From: the human T2T-CHM13v2.0 reference genome, Homo sapiens
Reading direction: 5' to 3' (one strand)
Assembly (NCBI RefSeq): GCF_009914755.1
Contig: NC_060940.1
Length of the DNA: 64,000 nucleotides
In this document: one piece after another, positions 29,426-43,861 of the stretch
How the letters are laid out: every line of letters starts with the position of its first letter
Numbering within the stretch: position 1 is the stretch's first letter
Made by a program: the position numbers and the translations under genes
The notes under the pieces: model-generated
Seen by the model: the letters and a program-made list of their open reading frames with translations, nothing else
Database searches by the model: none
Told to the model about the DNA's origin: nothing

Positions 29426-30072
29426 TGTCTAGGGGCAAAAAGATTATCCCTTTCCCCTGACATCATAAAGGTCACAGCCAACACTCCTATAACAAAAGAC
29501 AAGTTAAAAAGAGAAAAGCATAACAGACTTATTTAATTATAGTTTTATATAACACTGGAGGGTTTAGAATAAAGACCCAAAGATACAGGGAAAACTATCC
29601 ATTTTTATGCTTAGATTTGGTAAAGAAAGAACAGCAGTATAGAAATATGATTGAACATCAAGGCTCTGATTTAATGCTAGTAGATTGAGGTGGGGAAACC
29701 CAGCCTGACTATTCACATTCTTCTTGGACTCTCTCTATACAGCATTAATTCTTCTCAGGTATGAGGCATCCCTTTCTGGAATGGGGGTCTTATGATTTAC
29801 TATCAAACAAGGTAGGTTATATAATTTCTTTATGGCCAGCTTTTACACAGAAAGGTGGGGGGAAGATTAGAGTAATGTTTTCATGTTTTATAACTAGCTT
29901 CTGGGAAAAAGCATTCTATGATCCACCTTGGGAAAGAGGAATTCTAATTTCTATGGCTTGCTGGAGAGAAAGAGGGGTGAGAGACAGGAGGGCAGAAGGT
30001 CAGAGAGAAACCTTACTTCTGAGGCTTGCTCTGAGGCCTTCACTTTGGGGTATCATTTTCTGAGCCCTAAAA
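29426..30072 (-). mobile_element. MER39/MER34-like ERV1 solo LTR
   Basis: Right end TTTGGGGTATCATTTTCTGAGCCC is the reverse complement of the MER34/39-type start; splits L1 sequence TATTCCT|CTAGTTTG. Confidence 0.75.
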
Positions 30073-30374
30073 CTAGTTTGTTGTGAAAGGGTGCTGGATT
30101 TTGTCAAATGGTTTTCAGCATTTATTGAGGTAATCATTTGGTTTTTGTTTATTATTCTATTGATGAAATGTATTACGTTGATTAATTTTCAGATATTGAG
30201 CCGACCTTGGATTCCTGGGATAAATTCTAGTTGGTCAGGATTTATAATCCTTTTTATATGCTGCTGGATTTGGTTTCCTAGTACTTTTTTGAGGACCTCT
30301 GCACCCATTTCCATGTAATTTCCTTTTCTTGTGATGTCTTTGTCTTGTTTTGGTATTAGGATAATGAATCTTCC

Positions 30375-30702
30375 TTTTTTTTTTTCTTTTTTTCTTTCTT
30401 TTTCTTTTTTTTTTTTTTAGAGAGACAGGGTCTTGCCCTGTCATGCAGACTGTAGTGCAGTGGCACAATCATAGCTCACTGCAGGCTCAAACTCTTGGGC
30501 TCCAGTGGTCTTCCTGCCTCAGCCAACTGAGTAGCTGGGACTACAGGTGCTTGCTACCACATCTGGCTAATTTTTAAATTTTTTATAGAGACAGGGTCTC
30601 ATGATGTTGTCCAGGCTGGTCTTGAACTCCTGACCTCAAGCAGTTCTCCTTCCTTGGCTTCCCAAAGCACTGGATTACAGGTGTGAGCCACTGTGCCTGG
30701 CC
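30375..30702 (-). mobile_element. AluJ
   Basis: ACAATCATAGCTCACTGCAG, GGGTCTC, CCTCAAGC are J diagnostics. Confidence 0.9.
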
Positions 30703-30976
30703 TTCCTCTTCTATTTTTTTGAAAGACTTTGTGAAGAATTGGTGTGAATTCATGTATTTAAATGTTTTGTAGAATTCATCAAGGAAGCCACCTGGTTTCT
30801 ACAAAGAGACAAGCTTCCCCTAAGTTATATAGTTTGTTGATATACATTTGTTGATAGTATCCCCTTATAATTATTTTGGTTTCGTAAGGTTGATAGTAAT
30901 GTCCTCTCTTTCATTCCTGATTTAGTAATTTTACTCTGTTTTTCTTTGTCAGTCTAGATCAAAGTTTTCAATTTTG

Positions 30977-31051
30977 TTGATTTTTCCATATAACTAGCTT
31001 CTGGTTTCATTGATTTTTCCATATAACTAGCTTTTGGTTTCATTGATTTTT
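30977..31051. repeat. 33-bp tandem duplication inside L1
   Basis: TTGATTTTTCCATATAACTAGCTT(C/T)TGGTTTCA at 30977 and 31010. Confidence 0.9.
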
Positions 31052-33946
31052 ATTTTTTCCACTCTTAATTTAGTTTCACTTTAATGTTTATTATTTCCTT
31101 CCTTCTGCTATTTCTCCCATCAGTGGCAGAATTGTTGGAGATTTCAATACTCCATTTTCAATAATGGATAGAACAACTAAGTAAAAGATAAAAAAGGAAA
31201 TATAAAACTTGAACACCATTATAGACCAACCAGACCTAACATACATACATACATACATATTTATACAGCCCTCCACTCAATGACAGCAGAATACATATAC
31301 TTTGCAAGTGCGTATAGAGCATTTATCAGGATAGAATACACGTTAGGCCATAAAATAAGTCTCAGCGGACTTAAAAGAATTGAGATCATACAAAGTATGT
31401 TTTCTGACCACAATGGAGTGAAATTAGAGATCAATAACAGAAGGAAATTTGAAAAATTCACACATATTTGGAAAGTAAACAATACACTCCTAAATAAGTT
31501 GTTACAATTTGTCTATAGTAATAATATTGTCTTAAAGAATATTTTGTCTCATATTAGTATAGCAACTCCAGCTCTCTTTTCGTTACTGTTTTCATGGTCT
31601 AGCTTTCTTTATATTTTACTTTCAACCTATTCGTCTTTGAATGTAAAATGAGTCTCTTGTAGGTAGCATATAGTTGAATCATAGTTTAAAAATCCATTCA
31701 GCCAATCCGTATCTTTAATTGGATCATTTAATCCATGTACAGTTAATGTAGTTACTGATAAGGTAGGATTTATGTCTGCCATTTTACTACTTGTATTCTA
31801 TATTCCATGTATTTTTTGGTTCTCATTTCCTTCATTACCTCCTTCTTTTGTGCTAGACATTTTCAGTGAATCATTTAAATTCCATGATCACTTCTTTTAC
31901 TATAGATTTTTGAGTTTTGTCTTGGTGGTTGCCCTGAAAATTACCATTAAAATCTTAATTTATAACAAGAGAATTCAGCTTAATACCAACTTATTTTCAA
32001 TAACGTATACAGACCTTGCTCCTATATATCTCTTTTCCCCTTTTCTTTATGTTTTTGTCCAAAATTACATCTTTATACACTGTGTGCCCATCAACTCAGG
32101 TTTATAATTATTGCCTTATGCAGTTGTCTTTTAAATCAGACAGGAAAAAAATGGAGTTACAAACAAAAAATACATTTAAAATGTCATTTATATTTAACTG
32201 TGTGGTTAACTTTACTGATATGCTTTATTTCTTCATGTGGATTTGAGTTACTGTCCTATATCCTTTCATTCCAGCCTGAAGGACTTTCTTCAGTATTTCT
32301 TGTAGAGTGGATCTACTAGTAATGAACTCTCTCAGTTTTTGTTTAACTGGAAATGTCTAGAATTCCCCTTCATTTTTCTAAAGAGTTTTTCTGGATATAG
32401 AATTTTTGATTAACAGTTTTTGTCTTTAGCATTTTCAATATGTCATAGCATTGCCTGCTAATATCCAAGGTTTCTGATGAGAAATCAGCTGTTAATCTTA
32501 TTGAGGATTCCTCATTTGTTAAGAGTCACTTTCCTCTTGCTGCTTTCAATATTCCCTCTTTGTCTTTTGACCATTTAAGGTGTGTCTAGATGTGTATCTC
32601 TGAGTTTATACTATGTAGAGTTCATTGAGCTTCTTAGATGTGTAGATTCAATGTCTTTCATTAAATTTGGGAAGTTTTCACTCATTATTTATTCAAATAT
32701 TTTTCTGCCCTTGCCCGTCCTCTCTTCTCTTTCTTCCTCTCCCCCTCTCTCTGTCTGAGACTCTCATTATGCTTGTGTTGGTGTGCTTGACAGGGTTCCA
32801 TAGGTCTTTGAGGCTCTGTTCATTTTTCTACATTCTTTTTTCTTTCTATTCCTCAGAAAGAATAATATTAATTGAGCTATTTTTCACATTTACTGATTCT
32901 TTCTTCTGCCTGCTTACATCTGCATTACATCCTATATTGAGCCCATCTAATGACTTTTTCATTTCAGTTACGCTTTTAACTCCAGCTTTTTTACTTGGTT
33001 CCTTTTTATAATTACTATCCCTTTATTGATATTTTCTCTTTGGGGACACATTGCTCTTCTGATTCCTTTTGGTCTTTAGACATGGTGTTTTGTTTGTTTG
33101 TTTTACTTTTTGAACATATTTAAAATAGCTGGTGTAGTAAGTCCAAAGTCTGGATTTCCTCAGAGACAATTTTCATTTGATTCCTATGTATGGATCATAG
33201 CTTCTTTTGTGCATATCATAATTTTTTGTTGAAAATTGGACATTTCAAATAATAAATATGGTAACTCTGGAAATCAGATTCTCTCCATTACCCAGGGTTT
33301 GCTGGTGCTGCTTGTTGTAGTTTATATTATCTATTTAGTGACTTCTGAACGAATCCTCTAAAGTCTATCTTTTTCATACGTGAACACTGAAGTCTCTACT
33401 TGATTAGCTTAGTGGTCAGCTGATTAGACAGACATTACCTTAAATGCCTGGAGCCAATAAGTCTCTGTGTATTTGCCAGTGGGTTCTGAGTGCACGTTGA
33501 AGCACAGCTTCAAAACTCAGCAAAGCAATTTACAACTCTGCCTCAGCTTTCACTTTCTGCTTTCACAAAGCCTCAAAATCATTCTGCTTTGAGAGCTTAG
33601 AGCCTCAAGTCTCAGGTCTTTCCTGAGCATGTGCACAGCTCCATGTCTAGTCCGTGGTCTTTTGGCATCTATGGAAATCTCATTCCTCAGCCTTTCCTTT
33701 TAAGCTGTGGATTAGTCTATTGTTTGCCCCAACTGTTATCCATTGCCTGAAGTAGCCAAGATTTTAAAACATTTGACAAATGTCTTCCAGAGAGAAACTT
33801 CTAGCACTGGGATAATTCTAGTGAAGTCAAATAAAGACAAACCTTTGAGTGAGGTCTTCCAAGAAACAACTAGAATGGTCAAATAATGACTTCTTTTTGG
33901 TACTGAGGCTTTGAGAAAGAGTTCCAGCCCCATTCTTCTCCTTCTT

Positions 33947-34201
33947 TCTTTTTCTCTTCAACTTTTATTTTAAGTTCAGGGTTACATGTGTAGGATATGC
34001 AGGTTGTTACATAGGTAAATATGTGCCATTGTGGTTTGCTGCACAGATCATCCCATCACTCAGGTATTAAGCACAGCATCCATTAGCTATTCTTCCTGAT
34101 GCTCTCCCTACCCCCATCCCCTCCCCTCAGACAGGCCCTAGTGTGTGTTGTGCCCCTAATGTATCCATGTGTCCTTATCACTCAGCTCCCACTTATAAGT
34201 G
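33947..34201 (-). mobile_element. Truncated L1PA (about PA11-15) 3' end
   Basis: AACTTTTATTTTAAGTTCAGGG...CTCCCACTTATAAGTG; TSD CATTCT(T/G)C(T/C)CCTTCTT. Confidence 0.85.
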
Positions 34202-35253
34202 CATTCTGCCCCTTCTTATACCAGGAGTGCAGGCTGTTATTTTTCAAGGCTTCCCCAGTGCTGTAGAATGTGGAATGGAAATAAGAAGCTAAAATGCCAC
34301 AAGGCTTGCTGTTCTTACTGAGATTCAGAGTTTTTGTTTGTTTGAAAGCATTTTTGGCTAAATGCTTTCAAAGTTGCTGCAAGCCTGATATTAATTTCCA
34401 GGGTTTTGAAAGAGTTGACTGATGATGATTTTTGCCAGTTTTAAACATTGCATTTATGGAGAGAGAGCTTTGGCAGGTCCTTATTCTGACATTTTTGCTG
34501 ATGTGTCAACCTTGAGAGATTTGAGTACTAGTCAGATAGTTTGCAGGGCCCCTCCAGTGATATTTGTCTGATATTTTTCTCACGATTAGACTGGAGTTTT
34601 TGGGAGAGTACTGCAGAGGTAAAGTGCCACTCCCAGTACATTATATCAAGGGGACATACTATTGGCATGAGCTATCATGCAGATGCTAACCCTGATCACA
34701 TGGATGAAGTAGCGCCTGTCATGTTTCTCCACTGTAAGGTTGCTCTCCATCCTTCCCCTGTCTGTTCTATACTTTGTGGAAGGAAGTCACTAGGCACAGC
34801 CCACACTGAAGAGGTGGGTAGTTAGTTTCCATATATACTCAAGGCTAGAGTTGCTATGTAGATTATTTGGAATTCTCCAGGGAGATTTATCTATTTTCCC
34901 CCAATCATTTATTTATTCAATCATTTATTTATATCAGAATGAATTCATGGTTATTTAGTTTACACATTAGGCTATCACTCTATACTACTTTATTTATTTT
35001 GTTGCTCAAAATGTTCCAGCTTTGACAATTTAGTGCTCTTCCAGTTGGTTCCAGTGTACCTTTGAGCAAAATTAAGAAAAAAATCATTTGAAAAGGAATT
35101 TGGCCACACTCAAACTTGATATGATAATTGTATATAGAACTTTGCATCATTTGAATACAAAAGAAGTTTTTTTCTATGTCTGAATACATGTTTAAAAAAT
35201 GGTCTTGACCATGAAGAAAACCTTAAAATTTTCTGACCATTCTCTGATTATAA

Positions 35254-35560
35254 TGTTGTAGAAAAAACTGGGTTCTTGTCACACAACCAGGAAAGATTAG
35301 GCTCATGGACACACAGAAGGGTGAGGAGTGGAATTTATTGGGTGAAAAAGAACAAGGAAAAACAACTTAGCAAACTGAGATGGAGTCCTCCTAACAGGCT
35401 CTCCACCTCAGCAAATGAATCTCAGGTCACCACCCAGGAACAGGAGAAGCCAGGATCCTCCCTCCTGCAAAGCACAAACTTCCCGAGGCTCCACCCCAAC
35501 CTCTTAGTGCTCAGGCGGGTGGGAGATTCTCCAGGGACCCCTTTTTACTTGGCAGTTCCA
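35254..35560 (-). mobile_element. MER61-like ERV1 solo LTR
   Basis: TGTTGTAGAAAAAACTGGGTTCTTGTCACAC..., TTTATT, 4-bp TSD ATAA/ATAA. Confidence 0.75.
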
Positions 35561-37484
35561 ATAATGCAATAAAATTAGCAGTAAATAATAAAACAATAAT
35601 AAGGAAAAATTTTATCTGGAAAGTAAAAGCATATTTTTAGAAAACCCTTGAATTAGAGAAGAATTTTTTAAAAAATCACAGACAAAATAATAGAACCCAT
35701 CAAAAGCTGAACTCCAAAATCTAGAGCTTTAAATGCCTTCATTTTTAAAAAAAGAAAGACAAAAATATGAAAGGAGCAAAATATTCATTACATAAAGTTA
35801 GAAGAAGGAATGGAATAAACTAAGTAAGAAGAGGGAATTAATAGAGATAAAAGTTGAAATAATGAAACAGAAGAAGGAAAAGATAAATCCAAAAAATAGT
35901 TTCTTTGAAAAAAACCAATAAAGCAGAAACATTTGCAAGCTTAATTAAGGCAAGAAAAAGAGGACAAAAATAGGCAAGATTTGGAAGGCACAAGGGACTA
36001 TAACCATTTTAAAAATTACAAAATAATACTGTGTGCAACTCTATGTTATCCAGATTTAACACCCAAAGGAAATAGCTCCTAGCAAAATAAAAATCACTAA
36101 ATTTTACTCAGAAATTAGAAAACTTGAATAAACTAATGGCCATAGGAAAGCCTCAAAGTTGATTCAAGTTCTATGATTGGTACCATTCTCAAGATGAATT
36201 TATTCTTTAAAGAATAGATCATTCCCATGTTATTTAGGTATTTCAGGCCATGGAAAATGCAAACCTCATGCATTCACCTTATGAAACCAGCATAATTTGA
36301 ACACCAATTCCTGATAATTCTTGTATAAAATTTATTTAAACCAATGTTCCTTATGAATATAGAAGCATTGCTAAACTCTATTTGCCAATACTTTCAGAAT
36401 TTATGTATAAAAATAATAACTAAATATGATTTATTCAAGGAATGCAAGGTCAATATTGTAATCTATCAGTGTAATCCATTATAATAATGCAGTAAGGGAG
36501 AAAGTCATATTATATTAACAGATACAGAAATATTTAATAAAATTCAGTAGCTATGCAATAAAAAGAAACTACTTGAATTATGAAAATAAATCATAATCTA
36601 AAAATTCCAACAGCAAAAATGAACAGCAAATAAACTCATTTTGATTAATCTGACAATTGATAAGGGATGCATAGTGTGGTCAGTATTTAGTACTAAGTCT
36701 GTAAAAATGCAACAATGCAAAGCATGAAATAAGTGGTATAAATATTGGAAAAACAAAGAGTTATAGCTATGTTTTGCTAATGGTTATCTATAAACTCAGA
36801 AAATTCAAAGGTTGGGTTATGAGGATTTTTTAATTGTTTTTAAAAAAGCTATGAAATTTTAGAAAGATAGCTGGATATGAATAATATAAAAAATGAAATA
36901 CATTGCCTTAAAAATCAGTACATAAAAATGTGAAAGCATTATTTATAAAAGACAGGTTCTATAGTGTTTAGAATAAAATTTACATTATTTTAAAGGCACA
37001 GGACCATTTGAAGATAATTAGAAAATCATATTGACAATAGGAAGGTCTCCCCAAGAAACTTGTTCTTGAAGGGGATGATTTATTTTAAGTATTAGTTTTT
37101 TCTAAGTAAATATGTAAACCTTATGTAATTCCAATTACTACTAGAAATATTTTAAAAATCTGGATGAATAATCCTAGAATATGTATTTAAAAAGTACCTA
37201 GGAATAAGCCAGAAAGCTATGAAGAATAACCATGATGGAAAATTCACCTTTTAAGATTATACCAGGAAGTCACTGTTTTAAAATCAATGTTATAGCTGTG
37301 TTGGAATAAACAGATCAGGAAAATAGAAGAATTCAAAATAAGAACCAGTACTTGAGAATTTAACATATGACAAAACTGGTTAACTCCATGGGGAAAAAAG
37401 AAGTTATGTAATAAATGTGTTAGAACATTTTGCCATCCAGCTTACTGACTCTCATCTAATACTCTTTCCAAAAATACATTTCTC

Positions 37485-38400
37485 CCTGGTCCAGGTTCCA
37501 GTTATGATGGACCAAGGCCATACTGAGTAACCCACCCAACCTCCCTCTTATGAGGAAGCAGATATTAAACCTGGACATAATACAAAAGTAATTGCCTTAA
37601 AGTGTGGGAGAGGAAGAGAAGCAGACAGACAGACACCAATGTGAAGTGTCCACCTACTTGGACAGGGGAGATGAGAAGTTGCCCAGGAAAGGTCCCATCT
37701 CTGTGGCTCCATATAGTGCACACAGCAGCTGTTGGGGTGCATGTGGACAAACAAGCATCCCTTCTTTCTGGCCTGGGGAACCAGAAAATTGAAGCTGGAC
37801 TACTATGAACACTGAAGAGAATTGCGGTGGTGGGGGCCATTCTGTGTACCCAGTCTGACCGACTCTCAAACCACACCTATGCAGAAGACTCAAAGCAGCT
37901 CAGTTAAAGATGAAAGATCTGAACTGAGATTACAGCCACTGACACTGTTCAAGAAGCAGAGTCTGAAGGGTAAGCCCAGGCAACAAAATTATCTGCCAAA
38001 ACAAAGGAAAAAACACTTATAAGAGAACAAATAATAGAATCAAAAATTTTCACTTAACATTCATAATATCTAGGATATAATCCAATATTAACATACATAG
38101 AACTAAGAAAATAGAACATATTCTCAAGAGACTGTGACTCTTCTAAGTATTCTCAGTGAAGTAAAACAAAACATATTGTCAATGAAAATCTCAGCATAGA
38201 AAAAGAACTCTCAGCAGATAAACAGAAATAAAAATTCTAGAATTTTAAAATTCTAGAAAAATACAATCTCTGAAATAAAAATAAATTCACTGAATGAAAT
38301 GAAAATCCAAATGGCTATGACAGAGGAAGGATAAATGGATTTGAAGACAGAATGAGAAATAAAATGACAACAAAGATGAACAAAAGAAGATGGGAAAAAA
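37485..38400 (+). mobile_element. Old L1M 5'UTR/ORF1 fragment
   Basis: A-rich ORF1-like AAATTCTAGAAAAATACAATCTCTGAAATAAAAATAAATTCACTG following a 5'-end-like segment. Confidence 0.5.
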
Positions 38401-38409
38401 TAGTTCAAT

Positions 38410-39320
38410 TTGAGTGTTTTCTTACCTTCCATGTCTCTACTTATCACGTTCAAGTTTCTCAAACATATGGAACGCAGTTATAATGACTGTTTTAATGGCC
38501 TTGTCTACTAACTCCATCATCAGTGTCATTACTGGGTCTGTTTGATTGGCTTTTCTCTGTATTATGGTTGCATTTGTCCTACTTCTTTGCATGCCTCGTT
38601 ATTCTTGAATGTGTGCCAAGCTTCGTGAAATTTCTCTTGTTGAGGGCTGTACATTATTGTATTCCTATAAATATACTTGAGTTCATTCTAGGATGCAGTT
38701 AAGTGACTTGAAAACAATTTTATCCTATTGGGTCTTCCTTTAAGCTTTGTAAGGAGAGAGCAGAGCAACATTTAGTCTAGGGTAAAATTTTCTCCACTGT
38801 GAGGCAAGACTCTTGAATAGTCTACCAATCCCTGTAATTATGAAGATTTTCCACTCCAGATGGTATGAACAGGCACTATTCCCACCCCGTGTAGGGATTT
38901 TTCCCTCTAATCCTTTTGATAGTTTTCTCACATGCACACGCTGAAGAGTATTGAAACTTTTGTAGATCTCTGGAGTTCTATTTCTTTGCAGATCTCTTCT
39001 CTTCAGTATCTTGCCTTGTGAATTCTAGCAGCCTCAGCCCCAGGGTCCCCCATGCCCCATCCTAGTTCAGCTTAGGGAGACTCTTGTGCTCCTCCTGGGT
39101 TGCCTGTCCGTGTGCTGTGTCTGGAAATGCTCTCCAGGCCATAGCTAGGAGAGCACCTCAAAGGTAGGGCTCGTCTAATTTGTATCCCATCTCTCAGGGA
39201 TCCCTATTCATCTTTACCTGATGTCCAGTGTCTTGAGACACTTTCTTTAATATACTTTGTCAGATTCGTTAGATGCTTCAAGCAGGAAGGCAAATCCCTT
39301 CCTTGTTATTCCATCCGCTC
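38410..39320 (-). mobile_element. Old L1M 5' region fragment
   Basis: CAGTTATAATGACTGTTTTAATGGCCTTGTCTACTAACTCCATCATC resembles the antisense L1MD/ME ORF1 start region. Confidence 0.55.
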
Positions 39321-39528
39321 TGGGCTCCCTCAGTACCACATCCTCCCAGTTCTGGACTCTGCATCTGGGATGCTCCTGGCTCTGAGAAGCGTAAAAACCA
39401 ATAGGCTTTTGGAAGAAATTGACAAGTAGATTTAAAAATTTACATAAAAAGAACTTAGATAGCTAATATAATCTGAAAAAGAAGAATTAATTTAGAAGAC
39501 CTAAACTATCTGATTTTATGACTTACTA

Positions 39529-39976
<448 letters not shown>

Positions 39977-40795
39977 TCATCAGAGCTTATTAAAAACTAC
40001 CATGACTTGCCTACTAGAATGGCTCAACTGAAAAATACTGACAATACCAAGTGTTGATGAGGATGTAGAACAATTGTAAGTCTCACTCATTGCTGGTTAA
40101 AATGCAAAATAGTGCAGTCACTTTGGAAAACAAGATATGGTAGTATCTTGAACTTCATGACACACCCTTACCGTATGACCCAGAAGTTCCATTCCTAGGT
40201 AGTTGCCCAAGAGAAATAAATACATGTTCACAGAGACATGTACATAAATATTTATAGCTGATAATTTATAGTAGACAAAAACTGGTGAATAAACAAATTG
40301 TGATTTCTCTATACTATGTTTAGTTGGTATGTAATAAGAAGTAACAAAAGATTAATGTACTCAAAATCATGGATGAATTTCAAAAACATCATTATGCTAA
40401 GTGAAAAAAATCAAACATAAGTCTATACTGAGTGATTCCATTTATACAAAATTCTAGAAAAAGACAAAGCTGTCATAATGGAAAGCAGGCCAGTGATTTC
40501 CTGGAAGGGGGTGGAGGTGCAGGGGGCAGAGGAAAACATGGTGGGGGAACTGTTTTAACTCTTGACTGTGATTACTCGATCTCATACAGTTACCACAGTC
40601 ATCAAACTGTACACTTAAAATAGGTGCATTTTATTTTATATAAATAATATCTTAATTTTAAAATAGGTTTCTTAGGATTGAAATGCTCAAGTGTAAAAAA
40701 CAAAACTGACCAAACAAACAAAAACTCTTTTAAGAAAATCTTGTAAATCTTGTAACATAGGCATTGTGAGTTTCTTAAAAAGGGGAAGAAACTTA

Positions 40796-40990
<195 letters not shown>

Positions 40991-41467
40991 GTAGATAATG
41001 ACCTTTGTGTGGCTAAGGAAACAATTAAAATCAATAGACACATAGATCAAGAAAAAATAGTGTAATGCAAATGTCAGATAGGAGTAAGTTGTCTATATTA
41101 TTCAAACTGCTTCTCCAAACTGACAAGAAAAGCAGAATATTGTTAAAAAAACAGGCTAACAAAAAGTCACAGAAGAGCAAGTTTAAATGGCCACGGATGT
41201 AGAAAAAGATGCTTAAATTCACTGGTAGCCAAGAGAATGGAAATTTAAAGAGCAGTGAGATTTCAGTTTAAATTCATTGGAAAGAGCTACAAAACTTAAT
41301 GCTCTTAGGGATATAAGATTATAATACTCTCATATTCCTAGTGGAAATGTGCAGTGTCATAGCCTTTGGCTAAAGTAATTTTGTGGCATGTATGAAAAAC
41401 AAAAACACATGTATCCTTTAACCTTACCAGGCCTCTCCTGAGAGTGCCAATAGAAATAAAAGCAGAT

Positions 41468-41762
41468 GGCCGGGCATGGTGGCTCATGCCTATAATCCCA
41501 CCACTTTGGGAGGTTGAGGAGGGCAGATCACTTGAGCCTAGGCGTTCAAGACCAGCCTGGGCAACAGAGGGAGACTCCATCTCTACAAAAAATACAAAAA
41601 CTAGCCAGGCATGGTGGCATGTGCCCAGAGTCCCAGCTACTTGGGAGGCTGAGATGGGAGGTGGAGGTTGCAGAGGGCCATGATCATGCCACTGCACTCC
41701 AGCTTGGCTGACAGTGCCAGACTCTGCCAAAAATACAAAACAAAACAAAACAAAACCAAAAA
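41468..41762 (+). mobile_element. AluJ-like element
   Basis: TTGAGCCTAGG, CCTGGGCAACA, CATGATCATGCCAC; right-arm deletion. Confidence 0.88.
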
Positions 41763-42256
41763 CACAGTGACGTAAAAGTAGATGTATTAATGCACTAAAA
41801 TGTTTATTGCAGCATTGTTTTTAATGCCACAAAGCTAGATCAAAGTGGATGTCCATAGTGGGGGAATACTGGTTGAATAAAGTCTACTGCATCATGCATA
41901 CTGCATTCTGCTTGGCAATCAGTAAAATGAGTGAATTAGAGCTGTAAGACGGCTACCACTTACTGAGTAAGAAATACAGAGAGATACAGAGACAGGTGTA
42001 AAATAGTCTACTGTCTTTTCATAAAACGAAGACTAGGATCTCATTTTACATGCACACATTCCTATGAATATTTGTATAGTATTATGAGTATAAAGGAAAA
42101 ATATAGAAAGATACATATCAGATTTTGAAACCCTTCTACTAAGATGACCTATGTCATGTGTGTTGATACATGTGTAGATAAGGGTAGGGTCAAGCAACTT
42201 ATAAACCAACCAACCAACCAAGTCTGCATTTGAAAGGTGTATCTAGGATCATATGT

Positions 42257-42690
42257 GTATATATCAGTCAGGGTAGGTTAGATTATTCTTATTCTTAAAC
42301 AATCCAATATCACAATGCATTAATGTAACAAGCATTTATTTCTTGCTTACGTGAAGTCTCAGCCTCTGGAAGACTCTCCAGGTAATTTTCTCAATGGTTT
42401 GACTTCACCTTCCAGGACATTTAGGTCTTATGGACTCTTTCTGTCCACACATGGTTTTAGGATGACTGCAGCCAGGGAAGAGAGAACATAAAGAATTATG
42501 TGCCAGCAATTAAAGATTTTCATCTGGAATTGATGCATATTAACTTGTTCTCCCCACCCCCCAACCCCCAAATCAAAGCATGTGGTCATAGATAAGCTCA
42601 AGGAGTCAGGGAAATCTGTTCCTCTTGTGCTCCTCTAGAGGGGAAGAAGGAATGGAAATACTGGTGGGTAGCAATAATATATACAATATA
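42257..42690 (-). mobile_element. Old MLT1 (MaLR) LTR
   Basis: ATCAGTCAGGGTAGGTTAGATTAT...TTTATTTCTTGCTTAC; GATGACTGCAGCCAGGGAAGAGAGAACAT. Confidence 0.65.
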
Positions 42691-43236
42691 TACTATATAC
42701 TATCTATATGCTGCACATACATTTATAAAATTATTTATTTATATAAGAAACTAAGCTTTAAAATGATTTTAAAATGGTTTATACTTGACAAGTAAGCAAC
42801 TTACCAAATATAAGAAGTGAACAATAAAAATGAAACTATGTATATGTCAGCAGATTGGCTAAAATTATAAAGATTGATAAAATCCAGTGATGATGAAAGT
42901 GTGGGAGAGAGAAACTCTTACATGCTCCTGGTGTGAGAATAAATTTGTACATTTCTGAAATATAATCAGGCTGAAGATATCAAAATGTAATATTTGAATT
43001 CCCATATGGCCCAGTAATATGACTTAGAAGAATTTATTTTTGAAAACAATCAGATAGATACAGATAAATGTAAACAAATATTTGCTACAGCATAATAAAA
43101 ATGGAAAATAGTCTAAAAGTACATCTATTGAAGCTGAGTTAACATAGGGTAAATGCCTATGATAGAATACTATGAGAGCTACTAAAATAGGTGAGATGGA
43201 TTTAATTTGTTTTAAAATAAAAAATGCTCCAACCAT

Positions 43237-43861
43237 GTGTTTTGGTTATTTAAATGTTAATGGTACAAACAATGCCAGAACTTAAGGGCTTAAAGTAACT
43301 CTTTTTTTCTGCTTCTGGTTTAATAGATCAGCACTCAAGAAGGGCTTGGTTGGGTGGTTTGTGTTATAGTCAGCCAGGTCGGCTGGGAGAGAAGGATCTA
43401 CTTCCAAGATGGCTTCTTCACTTACAAGTCTTACATGTTGTGTGTGTTGATATGTATGTAGGTAAGAGTAGAGTCAAGCAACAAACCAACCAAACAACAA
43501 ACAAATCTGCGTTTGAAAAGCATGTCTAGTGCCTTGGTGCGCTTTGATTTCTTTACTTCTCAACAAGGTATCTCATCTTCCAGTTCTTAGCATGGTGGTC
43601 TCAGGGTAGTCCTACTTCTTAACATGTCTACCTTCCGAAAAGCAGGAAGTGGAAGTTGCCAGGCCAGTTAAAGGCTATACACAGAATTAGTATAACGTTG
43701 TATCAGCTCTATTCTATTGATTGAAGCAATCCAAAGTCCTGCTGAGATTCAGGGAGGTGGCGAAATAACATTTCTTGATGGGAGAGTGGCAAGGAACTTG
43801 CAGAAAAGCATGCAGGATGAGGGATATTGTTGTGACCATCTTTGGAAAATTGTCTGCCACA
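43237..43861 (-). mobile_element. MLT1F-like LTR carrying a ~95-bp foreign insertion
   Basis: ACTTCCAAGATGGCTTCTTCAC; AGGAAGTGGAAGTTGCCAG; ends ATCTTTGGAAAATTGTCTGCCACA. Confidence 0.8.

Larger units (their letters stand above)
28076..34505 (-). mobile_element. L1MB-like element, 3'UTR to 5' end, with internal deletions and an inversion
   Basis: 3' end TTTATTGAGATATAATTCACATGCCATACAATTCA; ORF2-like peptides on the minus strand (29257-29502: [20 protein letters not shown]); ORF1 and 5' sequence out to 34505. Confidence 0.8.
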
